Assembly: GCA_965223855.1 (NCBI GenBank)
Contig: CBDCXM010000008.1
Location: forward strand, 512,001-576,000
DNA length: 64,000 bases
Direction: 5' to 3'
Origin: Candidatus Multivoradales bacterium
Lineage (GTDB): Bacteria; Acidobacteriota; Thermoanaerobaculia; Multivoradales; JAHEKO01
Both the position numbers and the translations under genes were made by a program. Below are positions 46,300-56,408 of the stretch, in pieces (within the stretch, counting starts at the first letter, position 1; each line of letters opens with the position of its first letter). The notes beneath the pieces are model-generated. The model did not search any database. It was not told where the DNA came from and was given only the letters and a program-made list of their open reading frames with translations.

Positions 46300-47073
46300 T
46301 CATTCGACCTCGAAGGCGAGGATCTCGACCGGGAAGGTTTTGGGCGTCACGTTCGCCCGCAGCAGGGCGTTGAACGGCTGCGGGTTGAGCTGGATCGGGC
46401 CGAGGCCGCTGGAAGCAGTGAATCCCTTGAAGCCGGCCCCGAGGGACGAGGTGTCGTTGAGTCCGAGAGTCTCGTTGTTCACAGGGAAGGTGCTCGCCGT
46501 GTTGAGGCTCCAGGCCCCGATGTAGACGTACTCGACGGACTCCATCAATGTGCCGAGTACGGTCGCCGGCACCACATTGACCACCGGACTGGAGAAGCTC
46601 GGACCCGAGTTCAGGAGCCCATCCACCTCCACGCTCGTCCAGGGACTTGGGGGCGCCCCGAAGAAAGAGGCCCCTCCGACGTTGAAGATCAGATTCGAGT
46701 CCGCGGAGCCGTCCTCCATGAAGTAGAACGAGAAGCTGTTGAGATTGATGGGCCAGAAGTAGGTATCGCCGTCCGAGTACACATCGAAGACGTTGCCGTA
46801 GATCCGGCCGAAGGCGGTCGGCAGCGCGGTCAGGGTGCCGTTGTCGTACTGCACCCAGGTCGGTTGCCCACCCTCCAGCTCGCCGTCCTCTCGTGTTCGC
46901 CCTGGTACGAAGCGAGGCGGCACCGAAGCGAAGACTGGGCCTCCGACGGCTGTCGGGAGTGCCGCCTCGCGGGCCGCCAGCTCCTCGGCTCGCGTCGGGC
47001 TCTGCGCCGTCAGCGAGGTGCTCGACGGAAGCACCGCAAGTGAAGCCAGGGACACAAGCAGCATCCTTCGCAT
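46300..47073 (-). CDS. Exported hypothetical protein with C-terminal PVEILAFEVE tail
   Basis: RBS AAGGAGG, signal peptide MRRMLLVSLASLAVLP.., VQYDNG, beta-rich body. Confidence 0.75.
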   Translation of the reverse strand: MRRMLLVSLASLAVLPSSTSLTAQSPTRAEELAAREAALPTAVGGPVFASVPPRFVPGRTREDGELEGGQPTWVQYDNGTLTALPTAFGRIYGNVFDVYSDGDTYFWPINLNSFSFYFMEDGSADSNLIFNVGGASFFGAPPSPWTSVEVDGLLNSGPSFSSPVVNVVPATVLGTLMESVEYVYIGAWSLNTASTFPVNNETLGLNDTSSLGAGFKGFTASSGLGPIQLNPQPFNALLRANVTPKTFPVEILAFEVE

Positions 47074-47319
47074 AGCCACCCTCCTTACGACATCTTGAGC
47101 CCATGCTCTCATGCTGCCGCCTGGCGTGCGCCAACAACGGAAGGCACCCCGGCTCCGGCAGCTTGAGCTTTCCTCAGCCGGGAGCCGTCGACTCGAACTT
47201 CCCATGGGCTCCGTCGGCCCCTGGCTTCCGCTACCCGGGAGAGCGGCGACCGCCGCGCCGCGGGCCGGAGACCGAGCCATGAATCTGCTCGGAGAGAAGC
47301 TCCGTTCGCGCGCCGGCCG

Positions 47320-48642
47320 CTAGTCCTGCTGCGCCTGCCACCGCCGCTTGAGCCGCGCGAGCCTTCTCGGGCTCGGTTGGTCGAGGACCCGCCGCAGGTT
47401 GCGCTGGGCACGCCGGGTGAGGACGGTGCGGGAGGTGTCGAACAGTCCGTCGACACTGCCGATGCCGCCGCCGCCCTCGACGAACGGGACGTAGCTCACC
47501 AGCGGGATGCCGCCGCCGAAGTTGCGGTTGATGCCGCGGATGAACTCGTTGGCGATGATCGCGTAGCCGAACGGGCTCGGATGGACGCCGTCGAACGAGA
47601 ACAGGCCGCCGAAGAGCTCCGCCGTGTAGCGGAACCCGCCGACGTTGAAGCCGCGGCGCGCCACGCGGTCGAAGGTGGCGTTCATGTCGATCAGCGCCGC
47701 GCCCTTCTCGCCGGCGACGGTACGGATGACGCGGTTGAAGGCGTCCACCCGCTCCTGGATCATCTCGAGCTCCTCGGCGTCGAGCACCAGCGTGTCGTCG
47801 AGCGGACGGCCGGTGCCGCCGAGCTCCACCGGAATGCCGTCTCCGGCGGCGATCGCCGCTCCGGCCGGCAGCAGCACGCGATCACCGAAGCCGAGCGGGC
47901 CGTTCGGACCGAGCAGCGGAATCGGGAAGCCCTCGAAGAGCACCGGCTCCTGGGTCACGGGATCTACCAGGACCGGCGGGATCGTCGAGACGTAGGGGAT
48001 CGTCGTCACGTTGGGGATGTTGGCGAAGGCGAGCTCGGCGCCGGTCACCTCGAGGGTATCGGCGATCGCGCGGTAGTCGGCCTCGAACTCTTCGAGCGGA
48101 GTGAGCGTCACCCCTTCGAGCACGATGCCGCCGATGGCGGCCCGCAGCACGTCGTTGTTCCCGATCCACAAGGTGACGAAGGTCGGGCTCTGCGCCACCG
48201 CCTGCTGGAGCGCCGTCCCCCCTCCGCGCAGCACGAGCTGGTGCGAGGTGTTCGACCCTCCGTTGCGCAGCGTGTCGCTCACTCGCGCGCCGGAGACTCC
48301 GAGGTTCTGGTAGGCGGGCGCGGTGAGGTTGATCGGGCTCCCCTGCCCCGGCTCGGGCGAAATGAGGAGCGGCGACAGGCTCTTCAGGGTCAGTCGCGCC
48401 GGAATCCCCGGGTCGGAGACGAGCGGCTGCTCGAACTCACCCGAGCCGGCCCGCAGATGAAGTTGCCGGGGAAAGCTTGCGAGCTGGCCGACCTCGCCGA
48501 TGCTGGCCGAGATGACGCCCGCGGTCAGGCTGTCTCCGAGTGAAACGTAGCGGGTGAAGTCGGCCGCGGAGAGCGGACTGAGAACCACGGCCGAAAGAAC
48601 CGTGGCGGCGAGAAACGTGCGGAATGTGGCGGTGCGTGACAT
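47320..48642 (-). CDS. Exported SGNH/GDSL hydrolase (lipase/esterase)
   Basis: Signal peptide; SLGDSLTAG, NLGVSGA, WIGNND, DGVHP. Confidence 0.9.
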   Translation of the reverse strand: MSRTATFRTFLAATVLSAVVLSPLSAADFTRYVSLGDSLTAGVISASIGEVGQLASFPRQLHLRAGSGEFEQPLVSDPGIPARLTLKSLSPLLISPEPGQGSPINLTAPAYQNLGVSGARVSDTLRNGGSNTSHQLVLRGGGTALQQAVAQSPTFVTLWIGNNDVLRAAIGGIVLEGVTLTPLEEFEADYRAIADTLEVTGAELAFANIPNVTTIPYVSTIPPVLVDPVTQEPVLFEGFPIPLLGPNGPLGFGDRVLLPAGAAIAAGDGIPVELGGTGRPLDDTLVLDAEELEMIQERVDAFNRVIRTVAGEKGAALIDMNATFDRVARRGFNVGGFRYTAELFGGLFSFDGVHPSPFGYAIIANEFIRGINRNFGGGIPLVSYVPFVEGGGGIGSVDGLFDTSRTVLTRRAQRNLRRVLDQPSPRRLARLKRRWQAQQD

Positions 48643-48668
48643 GGCGATCCTTCCCTGACTCGGTGGCC

Positions 48669-49958
48669 TCAGCGGCTCCAGGTGATCCCGGCGAGCCAGA
48701 TCGTGGTGTTGTAGGTGCCGTTGAAGTTGCTCTCGTTGATGGACGTGGTGCGCTCATCGAATGGCAGGTACATGAGAGCGAAGTCGAACCCGCCGTTTCC
48801 GGGCTTCTGCCCCCAGCCGACGGTGAAGCCGTTGCGATCGGAGTCGGGCAGGAGCGGTCCGACCGTCTCATCCGGAATCGGGTTCTCGTCGAACACGTAG
48901 CCGAAGCGCCACTCGCGCTCCCCCCGCGTCCAACGAATGCCGAGTCGGTAGTTGTTGACCTCTTCCCAAAGCTGGGTCAGCACGAGGTCGTCGAGGTTGT
49001 CGTCCTCGAAGGTGACGACGATCTCGTCGAACGAGTTCCACCCCGCCCAGTTGGCGTCGACCTCGACGAGCACGTTCTTCGACACTTCGTAGGCGAAGCC
49101 GAGGCTCGCCGTGTCTGGGAACTTGATGTCGGTATCGATCACCGATCCGGTGTCGAACGGCACCCGGTCGGCGATGAGGGCGTCGAACGCCGCCGAGCCG
49201 GTCGGCACCTGCACGAAGTTGGCGGTGCCGTTGTAGTGGGTGTCGAGCCGGCTGCGGTAGGTGAAGCCCCAGGAGAAGCGATCGGTCGGCTTGTGGAGCA
49301 GGCCGACCTGCCAGCCGAAGCCGTTCTCGACGTCGCTCTCGAGGCTGGCGCGGGCGATCTCGACCGCCGCGAGCGTGAACGGATTGATCGTCGACTGAGC
49401 GCGATCGAGCTCGACCGTGGACACCCGGGTCACCAGGCTGGCGCCGACGCTCAGCCGGTCCGTCAGCTTGAGCCCGAAACTCGGCACGATGTCGAGCGCG
49501 ACGAGCGACGCCCGGGTGGTGAGAAAACGCCCTGAGAAGGTGTCGGCGTCCCACTCGGTCGTCAGGCCGTACGGAGTGTTCACGGCGAGCCCGAAGACGA
49601 ACTGCTCGTTGATCGGCTTGACCCAGTAGGCGTGCACCGGGGTCTCGAGCAGATCCTCCATCTCGTCGCTGACGCCGGGGCCGGGGAACGGCTCGTCACC
49701 GACGAAGTCGGCCTCCGTCGCCGTGATCACCGTCAGACCTGCCGACCAACCCTCCTCGGTGAAGAAGCCGAGGCCGCCGACGTTGTGGAAGAGCGCCGAG
49801 GGGTCGTCCGCCTGAGCGGTGAACGCCCCGGCCATCCCCATGGCGCGCGAGCCCTGCTCGAAGATGTTGAAGCCCGCGGCCGAAGCGCCGGTGGCGGTCA
49901 GCACCGCCAATGCCAGGATCGGCGCCAGGCGCCGGGCTCGAGTTGCCGTCGTCGTCAT
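48669..49958 (-). CDS. OmpP1/FadL/TodX family outer-membrane transporter
   Basis: Signal peptide then AGFNIFEQGSRAMGMAGA, ADDPSALFHN.GG, PYGL.T.W, LPDSDR; start placed at MTTTA. Confidence 0.9.
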   Translation of the reverse strand: MTTTATRARRLAPILALAVLTATGASAAGFNIFEQGSRAMGMAGAFTAQADDPSALFHNVGGLGFFTEEGWSAGLTVITATEADFVGDEPFPGPGVSDEMEDLLETPVHAYWVKPINEQFVFGLAVNTPYGLTTEWDADTFSGRFLTTRASLVALDIVPSFGLKLTDRLSVGASLVTRVSTVELDRAQSTINPFTLAAVEIARASLESDVENGFGWQVGLLHKPTDRFSWGFTYRSRLDTHYNGTANFVQVPTGSAAFDALIADRVPFDTGSVIDTDIKFPDTASLGFAYEVSKNVLVEVDANWAGWNSFDEIVVTFEDDNLDDLVLTQLWEEVNNYRLGIRWTRGEREWRFGYVFDENPIPDETVGPLLPDSDRNGFTVGWGQKPGNGGFDFALMYLPFDERTTSINESNFNGTYNTTIWLAGITWSR

Positions 49959-50089
49959 GTCCATTCTCCCTATCGGCGGACTCGCCGCCGCCTGTCGGCG
50001 CAGGCTATCGGAGCGAACCCCCCGATGCTGCCCCTGTTTCCACATCTTCGCTCTCACTCGGCTTTCGGATGTACTGCTAGAGTTTGGCC

Positions 50090-50572
50090 ATGAGCGAGGA
50101 GAGCCAGTCAGAAAGGCAAGCCGAAACCCTGCAACGGGTCGGCGAGTACCTGTCCGAGCTGTTCGACGATCCATTCCTCGATCCGGAAACCGGGCATTAC
50201 TACGTCGGTTACGGCTCGACGGTGCTCGAGGTTTCGGTCGAGCCCTACGGGCCGGAGGAGACGATCGTCCGCATCACCGCCTACTGCGTGCAGGACGTCG
50301 AGATGCAACCGGAGCTGGCGATCGGCCTGCTCGAGCTCAACCACGAGCTTCCGGTCGGCTGCTTCGAGCTCGTCGGCAACGACATCTTCTTCTCTCACAC
50401 CCTCTACGGCCGCGCCCTCAACCACCACGCGCTGATGGGGGCCGTGGCGGCGGTGGCCACGATCTCCGACGACTACGACGACCGGATCGTCAAGCGCTAC
50501 GGCGGCGCGACGGCGCGGGAGCTGATTCGCAACACCGGGGGTCGGCAGGGGCGTCAGTCGAAGATCGGGTAG
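50090..50572 (+). CDS. YbjN / type III secretion chaperone-like fold protein
   Basis: GSTVLEV, LLELNHELPVGCF, ISDDYDDRIVKRYGG; ATG 6 nt after TGcTAGAGT. Confidence 0.7.
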   Translation: MSEESQSERQAETLQRVGEYLSELFDDPFLDPETGHYYVGYGSTVLEVSVEPYGPEETIVRITAYCVQDVEMQPELAIGLLELNHELPVGCFELVGNDIFFSHTLYGRALNHHALMGAVAAVATISDDYDDRIVKRYGGATARELIRNTGGRQGRQSKIG

Positions 50573-50956
50573 ACCGTCTCAGGGAGCAGTTCGCTCGTTG
50601 GGTCCGACCGGTTCGCTGAACGCAGGAGAGCCGTTGCCCTTCCAGATGCGAAGGGCGAGTGCCTCGTCCATCGCCAGGAGCCACGAACGGGGCCGGGCCA
50701 CCGGCCGGGCTTGCGTGCAGGCTTCTCCGCAGGGCCAGCCTCCTCAGCTCGAGTAGGACGGCTCCCGACCGCAGAGCGGCGCGCGCAACCGCCACCACCT
50801 GCCCGCACCGGGAAGCGGAGTCCGATCTGCGCTGAAACGGCTCCGAGAACCTCCGCCCTACCCGGAGCCCTTCGGGCCAGTCGGCCCGCCGTGCTTCTTC
50901 CGTCCTCGAGCGCTCGACCTGGGATCAAGCCTCGCACCAGCCCAACCCGACAACCG

Positions 50957-51418
50957 TCAGCGCAAGGCGGCTTCGGCTTCGCGATCGAGGATCTTCTGCT
51001 TGAGGTCCTGCCGTTTGTCGTGGAGCTTCTTGCCCCGGGCGAGTGCGATCTCGACCTTGACGTAGTTGCCCTTGAGATAGACCGCCAGCGGCACGCAGGT
51101 CTGGCCCTGGATGGTCGTCCGGCCGAAGATCTTGTCGATCTCGCGCCGGTTCAGCAGCAGCTTGCGCCGCCGCTCTGGCTCGTGGTTGGTGCGGTTGCCG
51201 TGGCTGTAGGGGCTGACGTGGGCGCCCACGAGGAACGCCTCCCCGCCGGCGACCTCGACGTAGCTGTCCTTGAGCTGAATCCTCGCCTGGCGGATCGACT
51301 TGACCTCGGTTCCCTGGAGGACGATCCCGGCCTCGAAAGTCTCGAGGATCTCGTAGTCGTGTCGCGCACGACGGTTCTTGGCGAGGATCTTGCGCTCGGA
51401 CCTGGAAGGCTTGCTCAT
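50957..51418 (-). CDS. smpB: SsrA-binding protein
   Basis: NRRARHDY, EAGIVLQGTEVKSIR, RKLLL, ARGKKLHDKR; start MSKPS. Confidence 0.97.
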   Translation of the reverse strand: MSKPSRSERKILAKNRRARHDYEILETFEAGIVLQGTEVKSIRQARIQLKDSYVEVAGGEAFLVGAHVSPYSHGNRTNHEPERRRKLLLNRREIDKIFGRTTIQGQTCVPLAVYLKGNYVKVEIALARGKKLHDKRQDLKQKILDREAEAALR

Positions 51419-51535
51419 GACGGTCTCCCGGCCGGTTCGCTGACGGCGTTGCCCGGGAAGCCCGCTATTGTCTCCCATCCTTCGATGCGGCGTCACCGGC
51501 CGCAGGAAAGCGGCTCGCTGCTAGAGTTCACTTCC

Positions 51536-52132
51536 ATGAGCGGTTCCCGCCACTGCTCGCCGGCTGGAGTGCGCCTCGTTTCGTGCGTTCTTCTCGCCGG
51601 CTTCCTGCTGGCGCCTGTCGTCGCCCGAGCCGACCCCCGGGCTGACCCCGAGGTGACCAACGTGCGGGTCGCCATCGACGACGGCTACGCGCGGCTGAGC
51701 TTCCAGCTCGATGGCGCCTTCGACGAGCCGGTGCTCGAGCGGATCTCGACCGGCCTGCCGACCGGCTTTCGCTACCAGTTTCGCCTCGATCGCGACCGTA
51801 AGCGCTGGTTCGACGCCAGCCTCGCCCGCTCGATGCTCGAAGTCAGTGCGATGTACAACGCGGTGACCGAGGAGTACCTCGTCAATTTCAAGCTCGACGG
51901 CAAGCTGATCGAGAGTCGCGTCGTGCGCGACCTGGAGGCACTCGAGCGGGCGATGACCCGCATCGCCTCGGTCCCGGTCTTCGAGCTCGCGGGTCTCGAC
52001 GGCAGCGACCGGATGCTCGTGCGGGTACGGGCCGATCTCGGCTCGAAGACAGGCTTCCTGTTCCTCCCGACCAGGGAGGAGACCGGGTGGACCCGGTCGC
52101 GCAAGTTCCGACCCGACGACGAGGCGGGTTAG
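51536..52132 (+). CDS. DUF4390-like exported protein
   Basis: Signal peptide, ISTGLP..F.Y, WFD, YNAVTEEY, ETGW; lies directly upstream of an NtrY-like kinase as is typical. Confidence 0.7.
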   Translation: MSGSRHCSPAGVRLVSCVLLAGFLLAPVVARADPRADPEVTNVRVAIDDGYARLSFQLDGAFDEPVLERISTGLPTGFRYQFRLDRDRKRWFDASLARSMLEVSAMYNAVTEEYLVNFKLDGKLIESRVVRDLEALERAMTRIASVPVFELAGLDGSDRMLVRVRADLGSKTGFLFLPTREETGWTRSRKFRPDDEAG

Positions 52133-52139
52133 CCGCCCG

Positions 52140-54326
52140 ATGGCACGCTTCCAGCGGATCTTCCGCCACCGCAAGGACAATCGCTGGATCGCCGGCGGCC
52201 TGGTGGCGCTGCTGGCGCTGATGACCGGGCTTTTCTACGCCGTCCAGCGCGCGCGTGAACTGCCACCGGAGTTGATGACCAACCGGGTGCTGCTGTTCGC
52301 CGTCTGGAGCATCAACCTGGTGCTCATCGTGGCGATCAGTTTCGTGCTGGCGCGCAACCTCTTCAAGCTGGCGGTCGAGCGCCGCCACCGGGTGCTCGGG
52401 TCGAAGTTCAAGACCAAGCTCGTCCTCACCTACATCGCCCTGTCGCTGATCCCGGTTGTGCTGCTGTTCCTCTACGGCACCCGCCTGCTCCAGGGGTGGC
52501 TCGACCGCTGGTTCGACGAGCCGGCGATCGAGCAGCTCGTCGACCAGGGTTTCGTCGTCGCACAGGCGTTCCATCAGGAGCTGCGCGAGAACCGGCTGCG
52601 CGACGCGAGGTCGGTGCTGCTCGAGGTGGAACGCACCGACTTCGCCAACCCCCGGCGGGTGCGCTCGGTCAACACGCTGCTCGGTCGCGAGCTCGAGAGG
52701 CGCGAGCTCGACGCGCTCGCGGTCTACAACGGCACCGACTTCGTGCACGGCATCGTCAACTCGAGCTCGGCGATCGTGGATCTGCCGGACCCGGACGTCG
52801 ACTTCCTGGTGTCGGTGCTCGAAGACGGCTCCGGCTCGCGCTTTCAGACCTCGGCCAACGGCGCCCACCGCCTCGTGCTCGGCGCCGCGGCGAGCGACGC
52901 TCCGGTCGGCGAACCGCGCGCCGTCGTCGTTGCGATCAGCGACCTCGACGCCGAGATTGCCCGCCAGGCGGACGCGGTGATCCAGGCGCACCAGGGGTAC
53001 GACCAGCTCAAGTTCCAGCAGAAGGAGATCTCGGCGAGCTTCTTCCTGTCGTTCCTGATGGTGACGCTCTTCCTGTTGCTGGCGGTCACCTGGGTCGGGC
53101 TCTATCTCGCCCGGCGGGTCACCGAGCCGATCGAGGCGCTCGCCGAGGGGACTCGCCGGGTGTCGGAAGGAGAGCTCGATTTCCGCGTCGACGTCGACGC
53201 CGGCGACGAACTGGGTGTGCTGGTCGACTCCTTCAACCGGATGACCGCAGAGCTGGAGACCTCGACCCGCAGCCTGACGAACGCCAACCGCCAGCTCGCC
53301 GAGGAGCGCGCGGTGATCGCGGCCGTGCTGCAGAGCACGGCCGCCGGTGTGATCGCGGTCGACGAGCACGGCCGGGTGCTCGCGTTCAACGGTGCCGCGC
53401 GCAACATGTTGCGCCAGAGGAAGGTCGAGGTGTTGGATCGGCCGATCCGCGAGGTCTGGAGCGATCCGGAGCGCTCGACTCTGGCGCGCCTCTTCGACGA
53501 AGCGGCCGAGCGGCAGGGGCGGCTCGAGAGCAACGTCCGGCTGATGCTCTCCGGTGACTGGAAGACGTTCGAGGCCAAGGTGACGGCGTTGCGCCACTCG
53601 GAGGGGGAGCTGCAGGGGCACGTCATGGTGCTCGAGGACCTGAGTGAGCTGATCCACGCCCAGCAGCGGGCGGCCTGGAACGACGCGGCCCGGCGGATCG
53701 CCCACGAGATCAAGAATCCCCTGACCCCGATCAAGCTGGCGGCGGAGCGCCTCCTGCGGCGCTACCGCAACGACGACCCCGACCTGGGCGCTTCGCTCGA
53801 AGACGCCGTCGACATCATCGTTCGCGAAGTCAGTCACCTCCAGGGAATGGTCGACGAGTTCTCACGCTTCGCCCGCATGAAGCGCCCCCAGCCGGCGCAG
53901 GTCGACCTCGACCAGCTGGTCACCGACACGGTGCACCTCTACGAAGGGCTCAAGGAGGGGGTCGACGTCGGTGCCGAGGTTCAGAGCGCCGCCTCCGAGG
54001 CGTGGCTCGATGGCGAGCAACTCAAGCAGGTCCTGATCAATCTGCTCGACAACGCAGTCGAGTCGATCGAGCCGCCCGGCGAAGTGCGGGTCCGGGTCGC
54101 ACGCGACAACGGCGCGCTGCGGATTCAGGTCGCCGACACCGGGCGCGGCATCCCGCCGGAGGCGCGCGAGAAGCTGTTCCTCCCCCACTTCTCGACCAAG
54201 GGGCGCGGCACCGGGCTGGGGCTCTCGATCGTGCGTCGCATCATCGCCGAGCACCACGGCACGATCCGCGTCTCGGACAACCACCCGCACGGCACCGTCT
54301 TCACGGTCGAGATCCCTCAGGGCTGA
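52140..54326 (+). CDS. NtrY-like sensor histidine kinase (TM, HAMP, PAS, HisKA, HATPase)
   Basis: GSKFKTKL, DELGVLVDSFNRMT, ARRIAHEIKNPLTPI, NLLDNA, DTGRG, GTGLGL. Confidence 0.9.
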   Translation: MARFQRIFRHRKDNRWIAGGLVALLALMTGLFYAVQRARELPPELMTNRVLLFAVWSINLVLIVAISFVLARNLFKLAVERRHRVLGSKFKTKLVLTYIALSLIPVVLLFLYGTRLLQGWLDRWFDEPAIEQLVDQGFVVAQAFHQELRENRLRDARSVLLEVERTDFANPRRVRSVNTLLGRELERRELDALAVYNGTDFVHGIVNSSSAIVDLPDPDVDFLVSVLEDGSGSRFQTSANGAHRLVLGAAASDAPVGEPRAVVVAISDLDAEIARQADAVIQAHQGYDQLKFQQKEISASFFLSFLMVTLFLLLAVTWVGLYLARRVTEPIEALAEGTRRVSEGELDFRVDVDAGDELGVLVDSFNRMTAELETSTRSLTNANRQLAEERAVIAAVLQSTAAGVIAVDEHGRVLAFNGAARNMLRQRKVEVLDRPIREVWSDPERSTLARLFDEAAERQGRLESNVRLMLSGDWKTFEAKVTALRHSEGELQGHVMVLEDLSELIHAQQRAAWNDAARRIAHEIKNPLTPIKLAAERLLRRYRNDDPDLGASLEDAVDIIVREVSHLQGMVDEFSRFARMKRPQPAQVDLDQLVTDTVHLYEGLKEGVDVGAEVQSAASEAWLDGEQLKQVLINLLDNAVESIEPPGEVRVRVARDNGALRIQVADTGRGIPPEAREKLFLPHFSTKGRGTGLGLSIVRRIIAEHHGTIRVSDNHPHGTVFTVEIPQG

Positions 54327-54370
54327 CCCCTCTGAACTGCCCCAGGAGCTGCCCCTCAGAGCTGGGAGCG

Positions 54371-54700
54371 CTACTTCGGCGGCAGCGAGCCGGCGAACGC
54401 CACTCCGGCGCCGACCCAGTCCTCTAGCGCCTCTGCGGTCTCGAACCCCTGGATGCCGACGTAGACCATGTTCTTCGAGATGCGGCCGGTGAAGTCCATC
54501 ACTCGCGCGTGCGGGCGCGCGAGTCGATCCTCGTAGGCTTCGGGCCCCACCCTCACCATCAGCTCGTCACCGACGATGCCGCACGCCATATGGCCGCCGA
54601 CGAGGAAGCAGAGGCCGCCGAACATCCTGCGTTCCGCCACGTCGGAGCGGCGGGTCAGGAGATCGCGGATCCGCTCCGCGAGCGCTTCGTCATAGGCCAT
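54371..54700 (-). CDS. TfoX/Sxy N-terminal domain protein
   Basis: MAYDEALAERIR, RMFGGLCFLV.G.M, LMVRVG, MDFTGR, SLPPK. Confidence 0.85.
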   Translation of the reverse strand: MAYDEALAERIRDLLTRRSDVAERRMFGGLCFLVGGHMACGIVGDELMVRVGPEAYEDRLARPHARVMDFTGRISKNMVYVGIQGFETAEALEDWVGAGVAFAGSLPPK

Positions 54701-54780
54701 CTTGGGGTCTCGGGATCGGCCACCGCCGACCTATCGAAGCCGTTAGCATAGCCTCGGATGCCGCAGCCGATGGACTTGAC

Positions 54781-55707
54781 ATGAGAGCTCGACCGTTCGG
54801 ACTCAGGGTGGTCCTGCTGCTCGCCGCGATCGCCCTTTCAGCGTGCGAGCCGGCGGCACGAGGCCCGTCGTCGGGGATGCAGGGCACCCGGAACGCCGCC
54901 TCGGCCTCGAACGAGGTGCTCCTCGCCACGGCGACGAGCGTCGAGGACTCCGGTCTGCTCGACACGCTGCTGCCGGCCTTCGAGGCCTCCACGGGATACC
55001 GCGTGAAGGCGCTGGCGGTCGGCACCGGTGAGGCACTCGCCATGGCCGACCGCGGCGACGTCGATGTGGTACTCACCCACGCTCCCGAGCTGGAGCTGCA
55101 GTCGATCGAGCGCGGCTCGACGGTCCGCCGCCGGCCGATTCTGCGCAACGCTTTCATCGTCGTCGGCGCCGCCGGCGACCCGGCCGGGGTGCGCGGCAGC
55201 CCCGACCTCGCCTCCGGCCTGGCAAGGATCGCTGCGGCCTCCTCACTCTTCGTCTCGCGCGGCGACAACTCCGGCACCCACCTCCGCGAGCGGGAACTGT
55301 GGCGGAGATCCGGCATCGAACCCGGAGGCGGCTGGTACCTCGAGACGGGCCTCGCGATGGGCGCGACACTCCTGATCGCCAGCGAGCGTCAGGCGTACGC
55401 CCTGACCGACAGCAGCACGTACGCAGCTCTCGAAGAGCGTCTCCATCTCGAGCCGCTGCTGCCGGCAACGGCCGACTCCAGTTCCGGTGCCGCTACCGAC
55501 CCGGCCACGGTCAATCTCTACTCGGTCCTCGAGGTCGACCCGCAGCGGTTCACCCACGTCAATCACGAGGGCGCTGCGGCGCTCAGCGACTTCCTCGTCG
55601 GGAGAGCGGGCCGGGAGCTGATCGGAACGCACGGGATCGATCGATTCGGCAAGCCTCTGTTCCTTCCCGTCGACGACGGACCCGCGGAACGCGGGTCCCA
55701 CTCCTGA
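54781..55707 (+). CDS. tupA: Tungstate ABC transporter substrate-binding lipoprotein
   Basis: Lipobox LSAC; LATATSVEDSGLL, AVGTGEAL, GDVDVVLTHAP, FVSRGDNSGTH. Confidence 0.87.
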   Translation: MRARPFGLRVVLLLAAIALSACEPAARGPSSGMQGTRNAASASNEVLLATATSVEDSGLLDTLLPAFEASTGYRVKALAVGTGEALAMADRGDVDVVLTHAPELELQSIERGSTVRRRPILRNAFIVVGAAGDPAGVRGSPDLASGLARIAAASSLFVSRGDNSGTHLRERELWRRSGIEPGGGWYLETGLAMGATLLIASERQAYALTDSSTYAALEERLHLEPLLPATADSSSGAATDPATVNLYSVLEVDPQRFTHVNHEGAAALSDFLVGRAGRELIGTHGIDRFGKPLFLPVDDGPAERGSHS

Positions 55708-56408
55708 TGGACCTCGTCTGGCAGGGCTTCAAAGAGGCGTTGCGGCTCCTCGTCACCGGCGACGCGGAAGTGCTCGCCGTCACCTGGCTGTCGCTCAAGC
55801 TCTCCGGCCTCGCGACCCTTTGCGCCCTCGCCGCAGGCGTGCCGCTCGGCACCATGCTTGCCCTCGAGCGCTTCCCCGGTCGGAGCCTCCTGATGAGCCT
55901 CGTCAACACCGGCATGGGCCTGCCGCCGGTGGTCGTCGGTCTGTTCGTGAGCGTGACGCTGTGGCGCAGCGGCCCGCTGGGATTCCTCGAGCTTCTCTAC
56001 TCGCCGACGGCGATCGTCATCGCTCAGTTCGTCATCGCGGTGCCGATCCTCATCGGGCTGACGGCGACCGCACTGCAGGAGATCGACCCGCGCCTCCACC
56101 AGCAGCTCCTCGGTATCGGCGCCTCGAGGGTGCAGCTGGTCCGCACCCTGCTGCTCGAGGCGCGAATCCCGATGCTCGCCGCCGTCATCGCCGGCTTCGG
56201 CGCCGTCATTTCCGAGGTCGGAGCGGTGATGATGGTGGGCGGCAACATCCTCGGCCACACGCGAGTGCTCACCACCGCCACCGTCCTCGAGACCCGCAAG
56301 GGGGCGTTCGAGGTCGCTATCGCACTCAGCCTGATCCTGCTGGCGATCACCTTCCTCGTGACCTGGCTTCTGACAGCGCTTCAACAGCGCGGGAGGGGCC
56401 GGCGTTGA
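55707..56408 (+). CDS. tupB: Tungstate ABC transporter permease
   Basis: NTGMGLPPVVVGL, RSGPLG, ISEVGAVMMVGGNI, TRVLTT; TGATG coupling to tupA. Confidence 0.88.
   Translation: MDLVWQGFKEALRLLVTGDAEVLAVTWLSLKLSGLATLCALAAGVPLGTMLALERFPGRSLLMSLVNTGMGLPPVVVGLFVSVTLWRSGPLGFLELLYSPTAIVIAQFVIAVPILIGLTATALQEIDPRLHQQLLGIGASRVQLVRTLLLEARIPMLAAVIAGFGAVISEVGAVMMVGGNILGHTRVLTTATVLETRKGAFEVAIALSLILLAITFLVTWLLTALQQRGRGRR

Noticed and set aside
50573-50956. tmRNA (ssrA) next to smpB
   Set aside because: No tRNA-like GGGG 5' end, T-arm/CCA 3' end or tag ORF is recognisable on either strand
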